From positions 1,699-65,698 of the forward strand of contig CAMMBL010000001.1 of NCBI GenBank assembly GCA_946494015.1: a stretch of DNA of 64,000 nucleotides, given 5' to 3'. The position numbers were made by a program, and so were the translations under genes. This document shows positions 63,120 through 64,000 of the stretch, piece by piece; the stretch's first letter is position 1; each line of letters opens with the position of its first letter. The DNA is from an uncultured Mycoplasmatota bacterium (GTDB lineage: Bacteria; Bacillota_I; Bacilli_A; RF39; UBA660). The notes under the pieces are model-generated. The model searched no databases and was not told the origin of the DNA. It worked only from the letters and a program-made list of their open reading frames with translations.

Positions 63120-63359
63120 TTAAAACATTTTATCTACATTATTTGGAACTTCATCTTGCATAATAGTTTTAATAATTTTCTCTTTTTTCTCGGAAGAAAC
63201 ATTTTTACCTGTCATATTTGCAATTTCATCAACTACTTCAGATAATACTTTTTCATCTTTCATATTACCTTTTTGTAGTTTATCTGCTAAAGATAAAATA
63301 GTATCTTTATTAACATTAGTCTTTTGTTCAACTTTTTTAAAAAAGCTATCACCAAACAT
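63120..63359 (-). CDS. spoVIF: Stage VI sporulation protein F-like
   Basis: MFGDSFFKKVEQKTNVNKDTILSLADKLQKGNMKDEKVLSEVVDEIANMTGKNV resembles SpoVIF as I recall it. Confidence 0.55.
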   Translation of the reverse strand: MFGDSFFKKVEQKTNVNKDTILSLADKLQKGNMKDEKVLSEVVDEIANMTGKNVSSEKKEKIIKTIMQDEVPNNVDKMF

Positions 63360-63419
63360 AGAAAACCTCCTACTTCTATAGTATGAGGTTTTAATATTTT
63401 TGTTCCAAGTTTAAAAAAG

Positions 63420-63608
63420 TTAATTATTTTTTTCTTCTTGTTTTTTTAACTTTTTTAAATACTTAGCCTTTCTTTTACCAAATTCAACCGATTTTCTATT
63501 AAATTCTTCAAGACTAATAAGCTTTTTTTCATATCTATCATTTAAAATTTCTACCGCTCTATCAATTCCTTCAATTTCTGTTTTAGGATCACTTCTTTTA
63601 AATAACAT
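63420..63608 (-). CDS. Small hypothetical protein (start uncertain)
   Basis: ORF downstream of der. Confidence 0.35.
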   Translation of the reverse strand: MLFKRSDPKTEIEGIDRAVEILNDRYEKKLISLEEFNRKSVEFGKRKAKYLKKLKKQEEKNN

Positions 63609-63609
63609 T

Positions 63610-64000
63610 TTATTCCCCATTTCTGTTTTTAAACTGAAGGACAATAGGAGTACCTTCTAGTTCAAAATTCTCTCTTAATTTATTTTCTAAATATCTTTCA
63701 TATGAAAAATGTACTAATCCTTTATTATTAACTCTAAAAGTAAATTTAGGAGGCTTAATACCTGTTTGACTGACAAAAAATATTTTAAGCCTTTTACCTT
63801 TATAACTAGGAGCGGGATTAAGACTATAGGCATCTTCTATTACTTCGTTTAAAACACTAGTTTTAATTTCTCGATTAATATTTTCTTTAACTTTTAATAC
63901 TTCTGGCATTAAAGTATGAATACGTTTTTTAGTTAAAGCTGATAAGAACACAACAGGAGCATAGCTTGCAAATTGAAACTCACTTCTAACTAATTTTTTA
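63610..64000 (-). CDS. der: GTPase Der (EngA), C-terminal part; gene continues beyond the window
   Basis: ...KIFFVSQTGIKPPKFTFRVNNKGLVHFSYERYLENKLRENFELEGTPIVLQFKNR matches the Der C-terminal KH-like domain. Open frame runs to nt 64000. Confidence 0.8.
   Translation of the reverse strand, partial: KKLVRSEFQFASYAPVVFLSALTKKRIHTLMPEVLKVKENINREIKTSVLNEVIEDAYSLNPAPSYKGKRLKIFFVSQTGIKPPKFTFRVNNKGLVHFSYERYLENKLRENFELEGTPIVLQFKNRNGE

Overview
This 64-kb window comes from a low-GC (about 28%) spore-forming Firmicute. Standard genetic code; no UGA recoding seen. I cannot run searches, so every family assignment below rests on motifs I recognise by eye.

Contents in order:
- 1-12.6 kb: the S10-spc-alpha ribosomal protein operon, from a 5'-truncated rplD through rplQ, including secY, adk, map, infA, rpmJ and rpoA. 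No rpmD (L30) gene sits between rpsE and rplO.
- 12.6-17.8 kb: a hypothetical gene, a frameshifted acyltransferase-3 pseudogene, and a T-box leader followed by a small membrane ORF and leuS.
- 18-27 kb: a cell-wall locus with four FemAB-family paralogs, a MOP/SpoVB-type flippase, an S66 LD-carboxypeptidase and a frameshifted PF06042-like nucleotidyltransferase.
- 27-30 kb: trmB, a lipoprotein, a K/E-rich protein and a YtxG/YtxH-like pair.
- 30-34 kb: an IS605 TnpB N-terminal remnant, then a thioester-domain (TQxA) adhesin with three CnaB-like repeats and its own sortase.
- 35-44.7 kb: pcrA, two tandem nucleotidyltransferase paralogs, ligA, a NifS-like cysteine desulfurase, thiI and an alpha/beta-type SASP.
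- 44.8-48.8 kb: a diversity-generating retroelement (DGR). The target gene carries two variable repeats, each followed by the same 22-bp downstream sequence (candidate IMH). A template repeat lies downstream and differs from the variable repeats almost only at template adenines. A candidate Avd and a reverse transcriptase with the IGxxxSQ motif follow.
- 48.9-53.3 kb: two tandem acetate kinase genes, a DHH phosphoesterase and engB.
- 53.6-60.8 kb: the most striking feature. The sporulation gene spoIVA is split by a roughly 7.1-kb intervening element. The element carries a SpoIVCA-like large serine recombinase, a small resolvase, a rolling-circle Rep-like HUH protein, an XRE regulator and a macro-domain plus nuclease-like gene pair. 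Joining the two spoIVA fragments at a shared ATATG core restores an in-frame SIHMIRVD sequence.
- 62-64 kb: a DUF2974-like hydrolase, spoVIF and the 3' end of der (engA).
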